The notes under the pieces: model-generated
Databases searched by the model: none
Seen by the model: only the letters and a program-made list of their open reading frames with translations
What the model was told of the DNA's origin: nothing
Position numbers and translations under genes: made by a program
DNA from: Fibrobacteria bacterium
GTDB taxonomy: Bacteria > Fibrobacterota > Fibrobacteria > UBA11236 > JADFYW01
Length of the DNA stretch: 64,000 nt
Assembly (NCBI GenBank): GCA_050294405.1
Contig: JBNKOC010000012.1
Coordinates: 576,001 to 640,000 of the forward strand
Direction of reading: 5' to 3'
Part shown: one piece after another, positions 7,723 through 17,533 of the stretch
How the letters are laid out: each line of letters starts with the position of its first letter
How positions within the stretch are numbered: the first letter of the stretch is position 1

Positions 7723-10080
7723 ATGCTGTTAAATAAAATATCCACATTGTTTTTGACCGTCGTCTTTGGCGCAGTATGTTATGGGGATTGGACTCAAACT
7801 GCCAGAGTGGTGGGATATAATCCTACTAAGGCGGATGTGGACATCTCCTCGGCAATGGAATGGGCGAAAAGCTTGAATGCTTCCGTGGTGGTCATTAGGC
7901 AAACTGCAGTGAGTGAATTTGATTGGCTGGATAAGCGAAATAAGGGTGACTCTCTTGCCCTTGACTTATTAGATCGCGTCATTAAAACCTGCCACCGAAA
8001 TGGCTTAAGGGCTGTGGTGGATTTAAGCGTTTTAGAATTGAGAAGTTCCAATGGAGATGCAGATGAGGATGGCAAATTGGATGTTGGCGCAACAACCCTC
8101 TTGTCCACCCATTCCAGCTGGATTCAGGAAGACCTTCAGGGTAACAAGGCCGTTTTTTATGGGAAAATAAACCCTGAATCCAAAAAAGGAGATGAAACAG
8201 TTTGGGCTAATATCCACAGTTCCAATTTTAAAACCAAATTGCTTGCTTTAGTTAAAGCCGTAAGCTCAATCAATCCAGATGGTATCTTATTTTCCAATGT
8301 TAGTTATCCTGTGAGAGAGGGGTGGGAGAATAAGTGGGCTAGTTTTGACAGCTATTCTGTAACGAATTTTAATAGCACCCTTCCCACTCAATCTCAATTA
8401 GGCGATGTTCATTCCGCTGCTTTTACAAAGTGGGCTTCCTGGCGCATGAACAAATTATCCCAATTTTCAACGGAATTGAATTCCGCTGTGAAAAATGAAA
8501 ATCCAGATGTCAAAACATTTATGCTGATTAAAAACGCCATCTCTCACGAAACATTAGTCCGCGGTTATGACTTTGATAAGCTCACTAAAATTTTTGACGG
8601 CTTTGTGTATGATATAGACTTTTTGGGTGATGCGGTTTCCCGAAACAGTTATGAATGGATGATGTATTTTGCCTCAATTAAAGGGGCAAACGAACTGGAT
8701 GGGGAAAAGCCAAGCTGGGTAATTGATAGAACTAATACCTCTTCCTCCCTTACTGTATCTAAGGATATGAACAAGTTTGGGGACGCAGTTGCCACAGGGA
8801 TGTATACTTCTTTGCAAGCTGGCATGAATGTGTGGATAACAGGGGGCAACAGAAAATACAGTGCCGCCACAAATGTAACCAAAATGGCTGAAATTTTTTC
8901 CTGGGTTAAAGAAAACCAAAATTGGCTTTATGGAGAAAGAAAAGTAGCCCAGTCTGTGGGGGTATATTTTTCTCAATCCAGTTTGCTGTATCGCACAGGA
9001 AATAAATGGCAGGGGCATTTAGCCTCCTTTTATGGAACCCTAATGATGTTACACGAATTGCATATTCCCACAACCATAATCAGCACTGGAAATTTGAGTT
9101 TAGTAGACAAAGAGGAAGTGGAAGGTATAATACTTCCGCAGGTGGACTGCGCCTCTACAGTGGAAATTGATTCTTTAAGGGAGTATTACGAAAAAAGCAA
9201 TCTCATTGTGTATTTTAGCGGCAGCGATGATAACCATTGCACGGAAAAAGGTGTATCCGCAGATTTTAGCTGGGATGATCAGCTATTGGAGGTAATGCAG
9301 AGAGGCGGGATTAATAAAGGCGAGACCTTTTTTAATAATGTAATGATGGATGGTAATGGGAATTTATTAAACGAAAATTACCCCAATTCTGTAGCCGCTG
9401 ATATAAAAACCCAATTTTCAACGGATTTAAATTTTGCAGCCCAAATTGGATACGCACCCTTTGAAATGCCCTCTACCACTGCGGTTCGAGCCGTGAAAAC
9501 AGATGAAGCGTTCTTTTATCATCTGGTTAATTTTGGAGGGCTGGATAATGGTAATATTGCCCGCAGTATCGAAGAAGAAGTGAATATTTATCGAAATGGG
9601 GAAGAGTTGGAATCGGGAGCCATCGAAATGAACGGCGGGAGTTTGGAAGTTATCAGTTATTACTCCGATTTGAATTCAGAACAAACTCTTAACTTGGTAG
9701 AAAACTCCATGGGTAGCTCTGCCATTATCAGAGCGGGTGCTTTACCTGATTTAGAGGAAGATGTTGTATCCAATAAATTTATGGCTGCAAACAGGAAAAA
9801 GCCGTCTTTCAACCTTCCAAAAAAATTATTGGTTCAAACAAAACTTATAAAGATTCATTATCAAAATCCCGGCCAGGAAATTGAAACTATGGATTTCCAG
9901 GTATATGATATACATGGAAGGAATATTAAACAAATTTCCCTGGAAAGAGGGCGAAATGGCTTTAGTGCTAATTGGGATTTGGAAAGCCAACCTGGAAATT
10001 ATTTTCAGCCTGGAATGTACGCTTACAGGCTAGTTGGAAATGGAAAAGCCATAAAAATTGGGCAAATGGTGGTGCGTTAA
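7723..10080 (+). CDS. Secreted glycoside-hydrolase-like TIM barrel with GATase-like (beta-galactosidase trimerisation) domain and T9SS-type CTD
   Basis: Signal peptide, CHRNGLRAVV, PDGILF, WASWR, VGVYFS..IILP..C, and a C-terminal VYDIHGRNI..WD..PGMYAYRL. Confidence 0.65.
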   Translation: MLLNKISTLFLTVVFGAVCYGDWTQTARVVGYNPTKADVDISSAMEWAKSLNASVVVIRQTAVSEFDWLDKRNKGDSLALDLLDRVIKTCHRNGLRAVVDLSVLELRSSNGDADEDGKLDVGATTLLSTHSSWIQEDLQGNKAVFYGKINPESKKGDETVWANIHSSNFKTKLLALVKAVSSINPDGILFSNVSYPVREGWENKWASFDSYSVTNFNSTLPTQSQLGDVHSAAFTKWASWRMNKLSQFSTELNSAVKNENPDVKTFMLIKNAISHETLVRGYDFDKLTKIFDGFVYDIDFLGDAVSRNSYEWMMYFASIKGANELDGEKPSWVIDRTNTSSSLTVSKDMNKFGDAVATGMYTSLQAGMNVWITGGNRKYSAATNVTKMAEIFSWVKENQNWLYGERKVAQSVGVYFSQSSLLYRTGNKWQGHLASFYGTLMMLHELHIPTTIISTGNLSLVDKEEVEGIILPQVDCASTVEIDSLREYYEKSNLIVYFSGSDDNHCTEKGVSADFSWDDQLLEVMQRGGINKGETFFNNVMMDGNGNLLNENYPNSVAADIKTQFSTDLNFAAQIGYAPFEMPSTTAVRAVKTDEAFFYHLVNFGGLDNGNIARSIEEEVNIYRNGEELESGAIEMNGGSLEVISYYSDLNSEQTLNLVENSMGSSAIIRAGALPDLEEDVVSNKFMAANRKKPSFNLPKKLLVQTKLIKIHYQNPGQEIETMDFQVYDIHGRNIKQISLERGRNGFSANWDLESQPGNYFQPGMYAYRLVGNGKAIKIGQMVVR

Positions 10081-10081
10081 T

Positions 10082-13000
10082 ATGTTCAAAAAAATATTGT
10101 TAACATTGCTGCTAATTTCATTGTCACAAGTGGCAGCATATTTTGTGGAATTAAACAGTATTGAAGACGCTGAAATGAGGGATGGAAGTCCTACGCTAAA
10201 TTTTGGCGGGGCTCAAAATGTCCATTTTGGCACTAACGGTGGAGTGATATACAGGGGGCTAATAAAAATTAACTATGAAGACAGTATTCCTGACGGGGCT
10301 GTGGTGGATAGCGCTAAGTTATATATGTATATACAGGCAATAAATAGTGCACCCCAAAATGTTAGTATTTATCAGGTGCTGGTGGATTGGAATGCTGGGT
10401 CAAAAAACGGAGCCTATTTGGCGGGAGCTGTGAGCTGGGACTCGGCCAAAACTGGAATTACAGCTTGGAATGCAGCAGGAGCAAGCGGGTCGGGTTCAGA
10501 TTATGTGGCAACCCCCATTACAAGCTATGCCTTTGCCAACTCTGGAGCATATGATTCTGTTTCCATTGAGGATGCCTTTAATTCCTGGATACAAGGTTCC
10601 CCAAACTATGGCATATTATTAACAAATGACGATGAAACTTGCGGCGGAGGAGCAAATTGCCGGATTCGCACCAGAGCAGAGGAACACAGTGATTCCAGTT
10701 ATGTACGTATTTGGTACCAAATCCCCCCTCAATTAACCGGGCTAAGCGGAGGCGCGGAAGCCGGGGCCACCCAAAGCGATTCCAGTACAGTGACTATTTC
10801 CTATGAAATATATGATCCAGATGACGCCACAAATACAGTATCGGCTCAATATTGCTTAACTTCCAATGACTGTTCTGCGGCAGGAGCTGGCTGGACGGCT
10901 ATGGCCAATACCACCGGAGATTTAGGGACCGTGTCCTCCACATCATCCTCCAGCGACAGGTTTATATACTGGGATGTGGAAACCCAACTGGGGTCCAGCG
11001 TTGATGATACTTATCGCGTGAGACTTATTGCTGTGGATGACTCGAGCAGTGTGGATACTCTTGAATCTGCCGATTTTATCGTAGACACTCAGGCTCCCAC
11101 GAGTTTGGCTGGATTTTCCATGGATTCTGTCTATGAATCTTCAGCTGATGTCAGTTGGAGCACCCCGGCTGCGGATAACCACTTTAGCCATTATGAAATA
11201 TGGTTTGCGGAGGTGAAAGCCAATGTAGAGGCCAGAAACGCCTCTGCCGTGGAATGGGACCATACCGACGATGCCAACTTAGCCAATGCGGCAACTACAT
11301 CCACATTGGTTCAGCTATTATCTTTCAGCACTAAATACTTTTTTAAAATTTGGGCTATCGACTCCGCAGGAAATGAAATATCTCTTCCCACAGATAGTGG
11401 TACTACTCAGGCCTCAGATGTTCCTCTTGTATCTGGTTACGATCCTGAAACCAATGTAAGCGGAGTTATGGTCAGTTCTGATTCCGTAAAAATTCAATAC
11501 GAAGTTCTCGACTTAGATGACTCTGTGGTTACGGTAACAGTAGAGACCAAACTGGCAAGCCAGGGGAGTTACGATAATTGGGCTACAGTGGATAGTTATA
11601 TGTCAGGAGATACGGGCACTGTGGTGCAGTCTACCACCACGGACAGGTTAATTATCTGGGACATTGCTGCCCAACATGGAACCTCAGTTAACGAAACAGC
11701 AACGGTAAGAGTTATTGCGGTGGATAGCAATGGGAATGCGGATACCAGTACTTCAGCTAGCTTTACCGTAGATACCCAAGCTCCCACAGCTCCAAGCGCT
11801 TTAACATCAACAGCAACTACTTCTTCTTCCGTTTCCTTAAGTTGGACTGCGGGTTCGGATGCAAATTTCAATCATTATGAAATTTGGTATGGTACAGACC
11901 AGACAGAAGTGGAAAATAGAAATATTGCGGCGGAATGGGATGACTCGCCCCAGGATGCGAATTTGGCCACGGCTTCAACCACCAGTACTACTATAACAGG
12001 GCTTCAGGCAAGTGTCACCTACTATTTCCATATATGGGCAGTGGATGATTATGGGAATGAAGCGGATTATGGGACAACATATTCCGTGGCAACTGCTGCA
12101 ACTACGGATTTACAAATAACAGATATTGAAGATAATGTAATGCGCAGTAACAATACATCGGCAAATTGCGGCTCTGAACCAATCCGGGGTGGCCCCACCG
12201 CTGGAAGAAATGGAGGTTGGGGAGGCACTAAAAGAAGCTTAGTGAAAATTAACATGTCAGAAGTGCCCGCAGGGGCTACTATCGTATCAGCAACCTTTAC
12301 CGCCCGATGTAATGCAGTAGGCGATGTTTCCTCTGTCACTATTGAGGCCTTTCCCTTATTGCAGGCCTTTGTGGAAGGAACAGATGGTTGCGGGACACAA
12401 GCGGGTTCCAGTTGCTGGAATGACTATGGGGCCGGTTCCTGGAGCACACCGGGGTTAGCTTCAGGCGTAGATTATGAGGCTACAGCGGTTTCATCTCAAT
12501 CCGTAGCCGATGTGGGCACATACTCTTGGGATTTGACCAGCGTGGTTCAGGAATGGGTAAATGGAACCAGAACAAACAATGGGTTGGTATTTATTGAATC
12601 TACGGAATCCGGTACTACCGGAAAGTTTTTTGATGCGGCAGAGGGAGCTATCCCACCATTCCTGGATGTACAATATACCTTGGGTTATCCTGAAGTAACC
12701 GGTTTGTCGGATGCCGCCCTTATTGGGGCGACCATGACCGGGGATCCGGATTCGGCCACTATAAGTTTTGAAGTATCAGATCCAAATGATGTTAATGTAA
12801 CTATTACTCTGCAATATAAACTTGCAGTTGGGGGAAGTTGGGCTGATGCTACTGAGGTGCTGGGCTATAGCGGTTCACAATCTGCCGCGGATGGCGATGC
12901 CGACAGGAGCATTCGTTGGGCGGCTCGTTCTGAGCTTGGTAATGTGGATAACAATTATATGGTTCGAATTATAGCAACTGATGGCACCCTAAGTGACACT

Positions 13001-15772
13001 ACTGAAAGCGCCAGCTTTGCAATAGATACAAAAGCGCCTGTGGGTTTGGCCAATTTAAATGTGGGAGCTTATGGAGTTGTGCATGCTAACCTAAGTTGGA
13101 CTTCTGTTACTAGTGAAACCAATTTTAGCCACTACGAAATATGGTATGGTTCCGATTTAACAGATGTTCAAAACAGGACAGGAAGTGCGGATGAATGGGA
13201 TAACAATGATGATAATGGACTGCTAACCGTTGGAACCACAACTACCTCAATCACGGGGTTATCGGCATCCACTTTGTATTATTTTAAGATATGGGCTATT
13301 GATGACATAGGCAATGAGGCTACGGTTACTTTTGACAGCGTTACGACCCAGGCCAATGCCGCCCCTACAGTAACAGGCTTAAGCGCGGCAGCTAAAGTTG
13401 GGGCAACACAAAGCGATACAGATTTAGTTAGCATCAGTTTTGAAATTGATGATACGGATGGCGATACGGCCGATTGCTCTTTAGAATATTTTGAAGTGGG
13501 AACAGGTCCTTGGACCAGTGCCAGCAATGTAACTGGAAACACCGGGGGAGTTAAGTTTACCAATGGGCAGGATTTATCCATGAGTTGGGATGTTTTGACT
13601 GCGCTTTCGGTTCCCACTAGCGATGCAACCTATAAAATTAGGGTTCTATGCACAGATACTACTAGCCTTTCGGATACCACTGAATCGGCTAACTTCACTA
13701 TTGATTTAGTGGACCCCACTGGAATGTCTGGTATTTCGGTGGGAACCATAGGGGCCACAACGGCAGGACTTTCCTGGAATTCGGTATCCACTGAAAATCA
13801 CTTCTCTCATTATGAAATATGGTACGGGACGGTTCAGAACGATGTAAATAGTAGAAGTGGAACCGCTCTGGAATGGGATGGCGATAATGATGCCAGCCTT
13901 AGAACCATGACTACCGATACGACAACCATAACAGCTCTTTCTCCTCTTTCCACTTATTACTTTAAAATATGGAGTCAGGATTCTGCTGGAAATGAACAAA
14001 CATTAGGCGTCGTGAGCGGTTCCACAGGAGGAACTAACGCGCCTATAGTTACCGGCCCTTCAGATGTTCCCAATATTTCTGCCAGCCAGAGTTCCACAAC
14101 TCAGGTTACCATGGTTTATGAAGTGGATGATGCTGATGATGCCAGTGTAACGGTTACCGCTCAATATTGCGTGAGTACGAATGATTGTTCTAAAGCATCC
14201 AGCGACTGGACTGCTATGACTAATACCAGTGGAGATATTGGAGCATCAATTGCCACACATGCGACGAATGACAAAACTATTACCTGGACTGCAGCCACTC
14301 AATTGGGAAGTGTAGAAGGCACATATTATGTAAGGGTGATTGTGGATGATTTGGATGGGGCCACAGATAATGATACGGCTTCCAGTGCTTCTTTTACACT
14401 GGACACTCAGGCGCCGAGCTCCCCCGCCTCCCTTGCCACAGTGGAGGCTTTGGGAAGTACGATGGAACTCAGCTGGACTGCTGTAAGCGATGCAAATTTT
14501 AATCACTATGAGATATGGTATGGAACCACTTCCGGCCAGGCAAGTGGTCGCACCGGTACGGAATGGGATAATAGTGATGATGGAAATCTGGCAAATAGCG
14601 CTACCACCTCTACCATAATTACAGGATTGACTTCGGGAACAGATTATTGGTGGCATATATGGGCTGTGGACGATATTGGAAATGAGACTAGCGATGGAAC
14701 TTTAAACCAGGCAACTCCAGCTATAAAAACCCCTCAATTTGCTCTTGATGCAGACGATAACATTGGCGATGTTAAGGGAGCGGTAATAGCCGGAAGCGGA
14801 ATGTATGTTTCAACGGCTAACATTGGCGGTAGTGAAGATAATATTACCAAGCGCAATGCTTCAACAGGTGCTTTTATGTGGCAATTTTCCACCTCCGCAT
14901 ATGGATCTCCAAAACCGAGCACTTTTACCTATAGCAGCAGCGCCGGGAAATACATAATACATTCTGCTGCCGGCACCCGTATTATTGGAATCCAGGACAA
15001 TGGATCCAGCAAAACAGATTTGTTTGTGGTGAATTTGGGGGGAACAGCGGGAACTCCATATGGGGACCCGGGAGATAACCAAATTGCAGTAGTGGCGGGA
15101 GGATCCTTATATCTTCGAAACTTCACTACTGGGGCAGCTATTTGGGGCCCTATGGGAAGTAACTTGAGTTCAGATGGAGAACTTATTTTTGACAACTGGA
15201 CCAACAATGTTATTTATGCGCCTGGGTCCAATGGGACTGTTTATGCCTTTAATATTTCTGATGGAAGCTCTTTTGGAAGTTATTCCACAGGGGCTGGAAG
15301 TGTTAGCCTTGCACTTTGGCAAATGAATGGTTTCATATACGCGGCTCCAAGTGATAATAGCCTGCATAAGATTAATGATGCCACCATGACTGGAGCGGGT
15401 GGAAACTGGCCAGTCAGCTTAAGTGGAAATAATACTGGCGGACTTTGGTATGATTGGAATACCGACGTGATTTATGTTACCACTACTGCCGGAATTCAGG
15501 CCTTTGACTCGGATGGGAATGCTTATGGTACAGCTCGTTCTTTGACTAATATTAATTCCGCACCTCTGGTGCATAACAATGTGGTGTATTTTGGCCGCGA
15601 TGGCGGCGAATACTACGCTGTCGATCCATCCAATTTAAATACGGATAGAACAGATTGGCCTTATACTGCCGCGGATGGTAATGCCAGGTCGGCTCCAGCG
15701 GCGGATTGGAGTAATGGCAGGGTTATATTTGGGACAGATAATGAAAATATAGACTCTTTTACTCAAGAATAA
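10082..15772 (+). CDS. Giant secreted/surface protein A: 2 DNRLRE-like domains, 5 Ig+FN3 units, C-terminal beta-propeller
   Basis: Signal peptide from ATG 10082; IEDAEM..NFG and NYGILL DNRLRE-type motifs; five HYEIW(Y/F)..IWAxDxxGNE-type FN3 repeats; propeller tail with VVYFGRDGGEYYA. Confidence 0.85.
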   Translation: MFKKILLTLLLISLSQVAAYFVELNSIEDAEMRDGSPTLNFGGAQNVHFGTNGGVIYRGLIKINYEDSIPDGAVVDSAKLYMYIQAINSAPQNVSIYQVLVDWNAGSKNGAYLAGAVSWDSAKTGITAWNAAGASGSGSDYVATPITSYAFANSGAYDSVSIEDAFNSWIQGSPNYGILLTNDDETCGGGANCRIRTRAEEHSDSSYVRIWYQIPPQLTGLSGGAEAGATQSDSSTVTISYEIYDPDDATNTVSAQYCLTSNDCSAAGAGWTAMANTTGDLGTVSSTSSSSDRFIYWDVETQLGSSVDDTYRVRLIAVDDSSSVDTLESADFIVDTQAPTSLAGFSMDSVYESSADVSWSTPAADNHFSHYEIWFAEVKANVEARNASAVEWDHTDDANLANAATTSTLVQLLSFSTKYFFKIWAIDSAGNEISLPTDSGTTQASDVPLVSGYDPETNVSGVMVSSDSVKIQYEVLDLDDSVVTVTVETKLASQGSYDNWATVDSYMSGDTGTVVQSTTTDRLIIWDIAAQHGTSVNETATVRVIAVDSNGNADTSTSASFTVDTQAPTAPSALTSTATTSSSVSLSWTAGSDANFNHYEIWYGTDQTEVENRNIAAEWDDSPQDANLATASTTSTTITGLQASVTYYFHIWAVDDYGNEADYGTTYSVATAATTDLQITDIEDNVMRSNNTSANCGSEPIRGGPTAGRNGGWGGTKRSLVKINMSEVPAGATIVSATFTARCNAVGDVSSVTIEAFPLLQAFVEGTDGCGTQAGSSCWNDYGAGSWSTPGLASGVDYEATAVSSQSVADVGTYSWDLTSVVQEWVNGTRTNNGLVFIESTESGTTGKFFDAAEGAIPPFLDVQYTLGYPEVTGLSDAALIGATMTGDPDSATISFEVSDPNDVNVTITLQYKLAVGGSWADATEVLGYSGSQSAADGDADRSIRWAARSELGNVDNNYMVRIIATDGTLSDTTESASFAIDTKAPVGLANLNVGAYGVVHANLSWTSVTSETNFSHYEIWYGSDLTDVQNRTGSADEWDNNDDNGLLTVGTTTTSITGLSASTLYYFKIWAIDDIGNEATVTFDSVTTQANAAPTVTGLSAAAKVGATQSDTDLVSISFEIDDTDGDTADCSLEYFEVGTGPWTSASNVTGNTGGVKFTNGQDLSMSWDVLTALSVPTSDATYKIRVLCTDTTSLSDTTESANFTIDLVDPTGMSGISVGTIGATTAGLSWNSVSTENHFSHYEIWYGTVQNDVNSRSGTALEWDGDNDASLRTMTTDTTTITALSPLSTYYFKIWSQDSAGNEQTLGVVSGSTGGTNAPIVTGPSDVPNISASQSSTTQVTMVYEVDDADDASVTVTAQYCVSTNDCSKASSDWTAMTNTSGDIGASIATHATNDKTITWTAATQLGSVEGTYYVRVIVDDLDGATDNDTASSASFTLDTQAPSSPASLATVEALGSTMELSWTAVSDANFNHYEIWYGTTSGQASGRTGTEWDNSDDGNLANSATTSTIITGLTSGTDYWWHIWAVDDIGNETSDGTLNQATPAIKTPQFALDADDNIGDVKGAVIAGSGMYVSTANIGGSEDNITKRNASTGAFMWQFSTSAYGSPKPSTFTYSSSAGKYIIHSAAGTRIIGIQDNGSSKTDLFVVNLGGTAGTPYGDPGDNQIAVVAGGSLYLRNFTTGAAIWGPMGSNLSSDGELIFDNWTNNVIYAPGSNGTVYAFNISDGSSFGSYSTGAGSVSLALWQMNGFIYAAPSDNSLHKINDATMTGAGGNWPVSLSGNNTGGLWYDWNTDVIYVTTTAGIQAFDSDGNAYGTARSLTNINSAPLVHNNVVYFGRDGGEYYAVDPSNLNTDRTDWPYTAADGNARSAPAADWSNGRVIFGTDNENIDSFTQE

Positions 15773-15823
15773 GAGAAACAAAACTCTGTTTTGAAAGCAT
15801 AAAAAATTATAAATTGAAGTAAT

Positions 15824-15979
15824 ATGAAAGATTTGGGTAAGCATAAAAAAAAGCTAAAATACGAAGCACCTAAGGTAGAATCCGAAGCTATATACGAGCA
15901 AAGTGCCTTGGCTTGCGGTAAATGCTTGACCACCAATACCCATCAAGCAGCCTGCTCCAAATCTCCCACAACCTCTTAA
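15824..15979 (+). CDS. Candidate RiPP precursor peptide, 51 aa (not in the ORF track)
   Basis: Hand translation MKDLGKHKKKLKYEAPKVESEAIYEQSALACGKCLTTNTHQAACSKSPTTS*. Basic stretch plus YxxPxV RRE-binding motif, then a Cys/Ser/Thr-rich C-terminus. TAAT-ATG start context shared with the genes at 7723 and 10082. Confidence 0.85.
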   Translation: MKDLGKHKKKLKYEAPKVESEAIYEQSALACGKCLTTNTHQAACSKSPTTS

Positions 15980-16104
15980 AAATTATTTTATAGGACCGTT
16001 TTCTGCGTTGTCCTGGGAATTTCTGATTTCGCCTTGAACCGGGCTTTCCTTGTAATTCGCAATTTTTTAAGTTGAGAATAGCTTAGGCTGTTTGGGGGAA
16101 AATA

Positions 16105-17259
16105 TTGATTCGATTTATGCACATTATGGGAGTTATCGGGCTGCTAATGGGAGGCTGTTCTCTTTTTGAATCTGATTCTAAGGCAAAAAAAACTGAGCTA
16201 AAGTTTGAAATGCACTCCATTTTTGTGGATAGTATGGCAGGTTATGCCCGTGCAACTCTTGTGGATATGGACAAAGACGGAGACTTGGATTTTGTAACTG
16301 GATCGGTAGTAAGAACATACTGGTTTGAATATGTATCTGATTCTGTCTGGAACCCACATTTAATTACTACTCAGTCCAATTCAGATGTGGGTGGAGTTTC
16401 TCTTGATATTGACGGCGATGGCTGGGTAGATCACACAGCAGGTTCTTTATGGTTTAAAAACCCGGGTACGAGCCCCATGGAAAATTTTGAAAGCTTCAAT
16501 AGCGGGTGTTTATACCGTACCCATGATATGGAGCAGGGCGACATGGATGGGGATGGGATTGTAGATGTTATTTCTCTGTCTGATCAGGGATTAGGGGTTA
16601 GTTGGTGTAAATTTTCCAATGGCCCAGAAGAGCCCTGGCAAGTTTATGAAATACTCCCCGTGGATAACAACCGGCAGGAGCACAGCGGCATGAATGTGGG
16701 GGATATTGATGGTGATGGAGATTTGGATGTGAGCATGGTGACGCGCTGGGTGGAAAATGTGGATGGAAAAGGAGAAAGTTGGCAACCCCACGATTTAGAA
16801 GGCATGGGAATCAAGGGTATATATGGCTACGGCGGGGAAACAGAAGTCGCGGATTTGGACGGGGACGGTGATAACGATATTGTGGTTACTGAAGCGGACA
16901 TTTCAAATGCCAGGGTGGGAGTTTTTGAGAATTTAAATGGGAAGGGCACACAGTGGAACTTAACCATTTTAAAGGACAGCACGGATATTCAAAATTTTCA
17001 CTCCTTAAAAATTAGGGATTTTAATAATGATGGCAGGCTTGATATTTTTACCTGCAATCAGAAGCCGGAATCCGGTTATCCCTATTATATCTGGTTAAAT
17101 CTGGGCGGACTAGAATGGGAAGAAAAAATAATTTTCTCAGGAGTAGAGTGCCATGATGCCGTTGCAGGGGACGTGGATGGTGATGGGGACATGGATATAG
17201 TATCTAACGGATATGGTTTTCCTGAACACATTTTTTTGGAAAACAAGCTAATTGACTAG
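16105..17259 (+). CDS. FG-GAP/VCBS repeat lipoprotein
   Basis: Lipobox LMGG-C and seven DxDxDGxxD repeats. The start is likely ATG 16117. Confidence 0.85.
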   Translation: MIRFMHIMGVIGLLMGGCSLFESDSKAKKTELKFEMHSIFVDSMAGYARATLVDMDKDGDLDFVTGSVVRTYWFEYVSDSVWNPHLITTQSNSDVGGVSLDIDGDGWVDHTAGSLWFKNPGTSPMENFESFNSGCLYRTHDMEQGDMDGDGIVDVISLSDQGLGVSWCKFSNGPEEPWQVYEILPVDNNRQEHSGMNVGDIDGDGDLDVSMVTRWVENVDGKGESWQPHDLEGMGIKGIYGYGGETEVADLDGDGDNDIVVTEADISNARVGVFENLNGKGTQWNLTILKDSTDIQNFHSLKIRDFNNDGRLDIFTCNQKPESGYPYYIWLNLGGLEWEEKIIFSGVECHDAVAGDVDGDGDMDIVSNGYGFPEHIFLENKLID

Positions 17260-17389
17260 TTAAAATTAGCACTCTGTCTTTCCAAAGCTGCATTAGCTAT
17301 CTCCTTGTAAAGGAAATTTAACTTCCCAAATATTTGGAAAAAAACCTGCATTAGCGCCTTTAGAATTCTTTAATGAAGGTTCTTTTGGG

Positions 17390-17398
17390 TGGTATAAT
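17390..17398 (+). promoter_or_regulatory. Putative extended -10 (TGGTATAAT) for giant protein B
   Basis: Same TGGTATAAT as at 4830, about 135 nt upstream of the start. Confidence 0.45.
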
Positions 17399-17533
17399 TA
17401 TTAAGGGCAAAAAATGGAGGATTAGCCAAAAATTAAGGAAAACTGCTACAGAATTTTGAATTAAACTGAAAGTGGTTTTATTTCAAAATTGGGGCAATTT
17501 TATCATTTTCCAATACTTATGATTTGACATTTG

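Noticed and set aside
15824..15979. Lasso peptide or lipoprotein interpretation of the small ORF
   Set aside because: No lasso cyclase or B2 protease in the window and no Asp/Glu in the core for a macrolactam. ALA-C is not preceded by a hydrophobic h-region.
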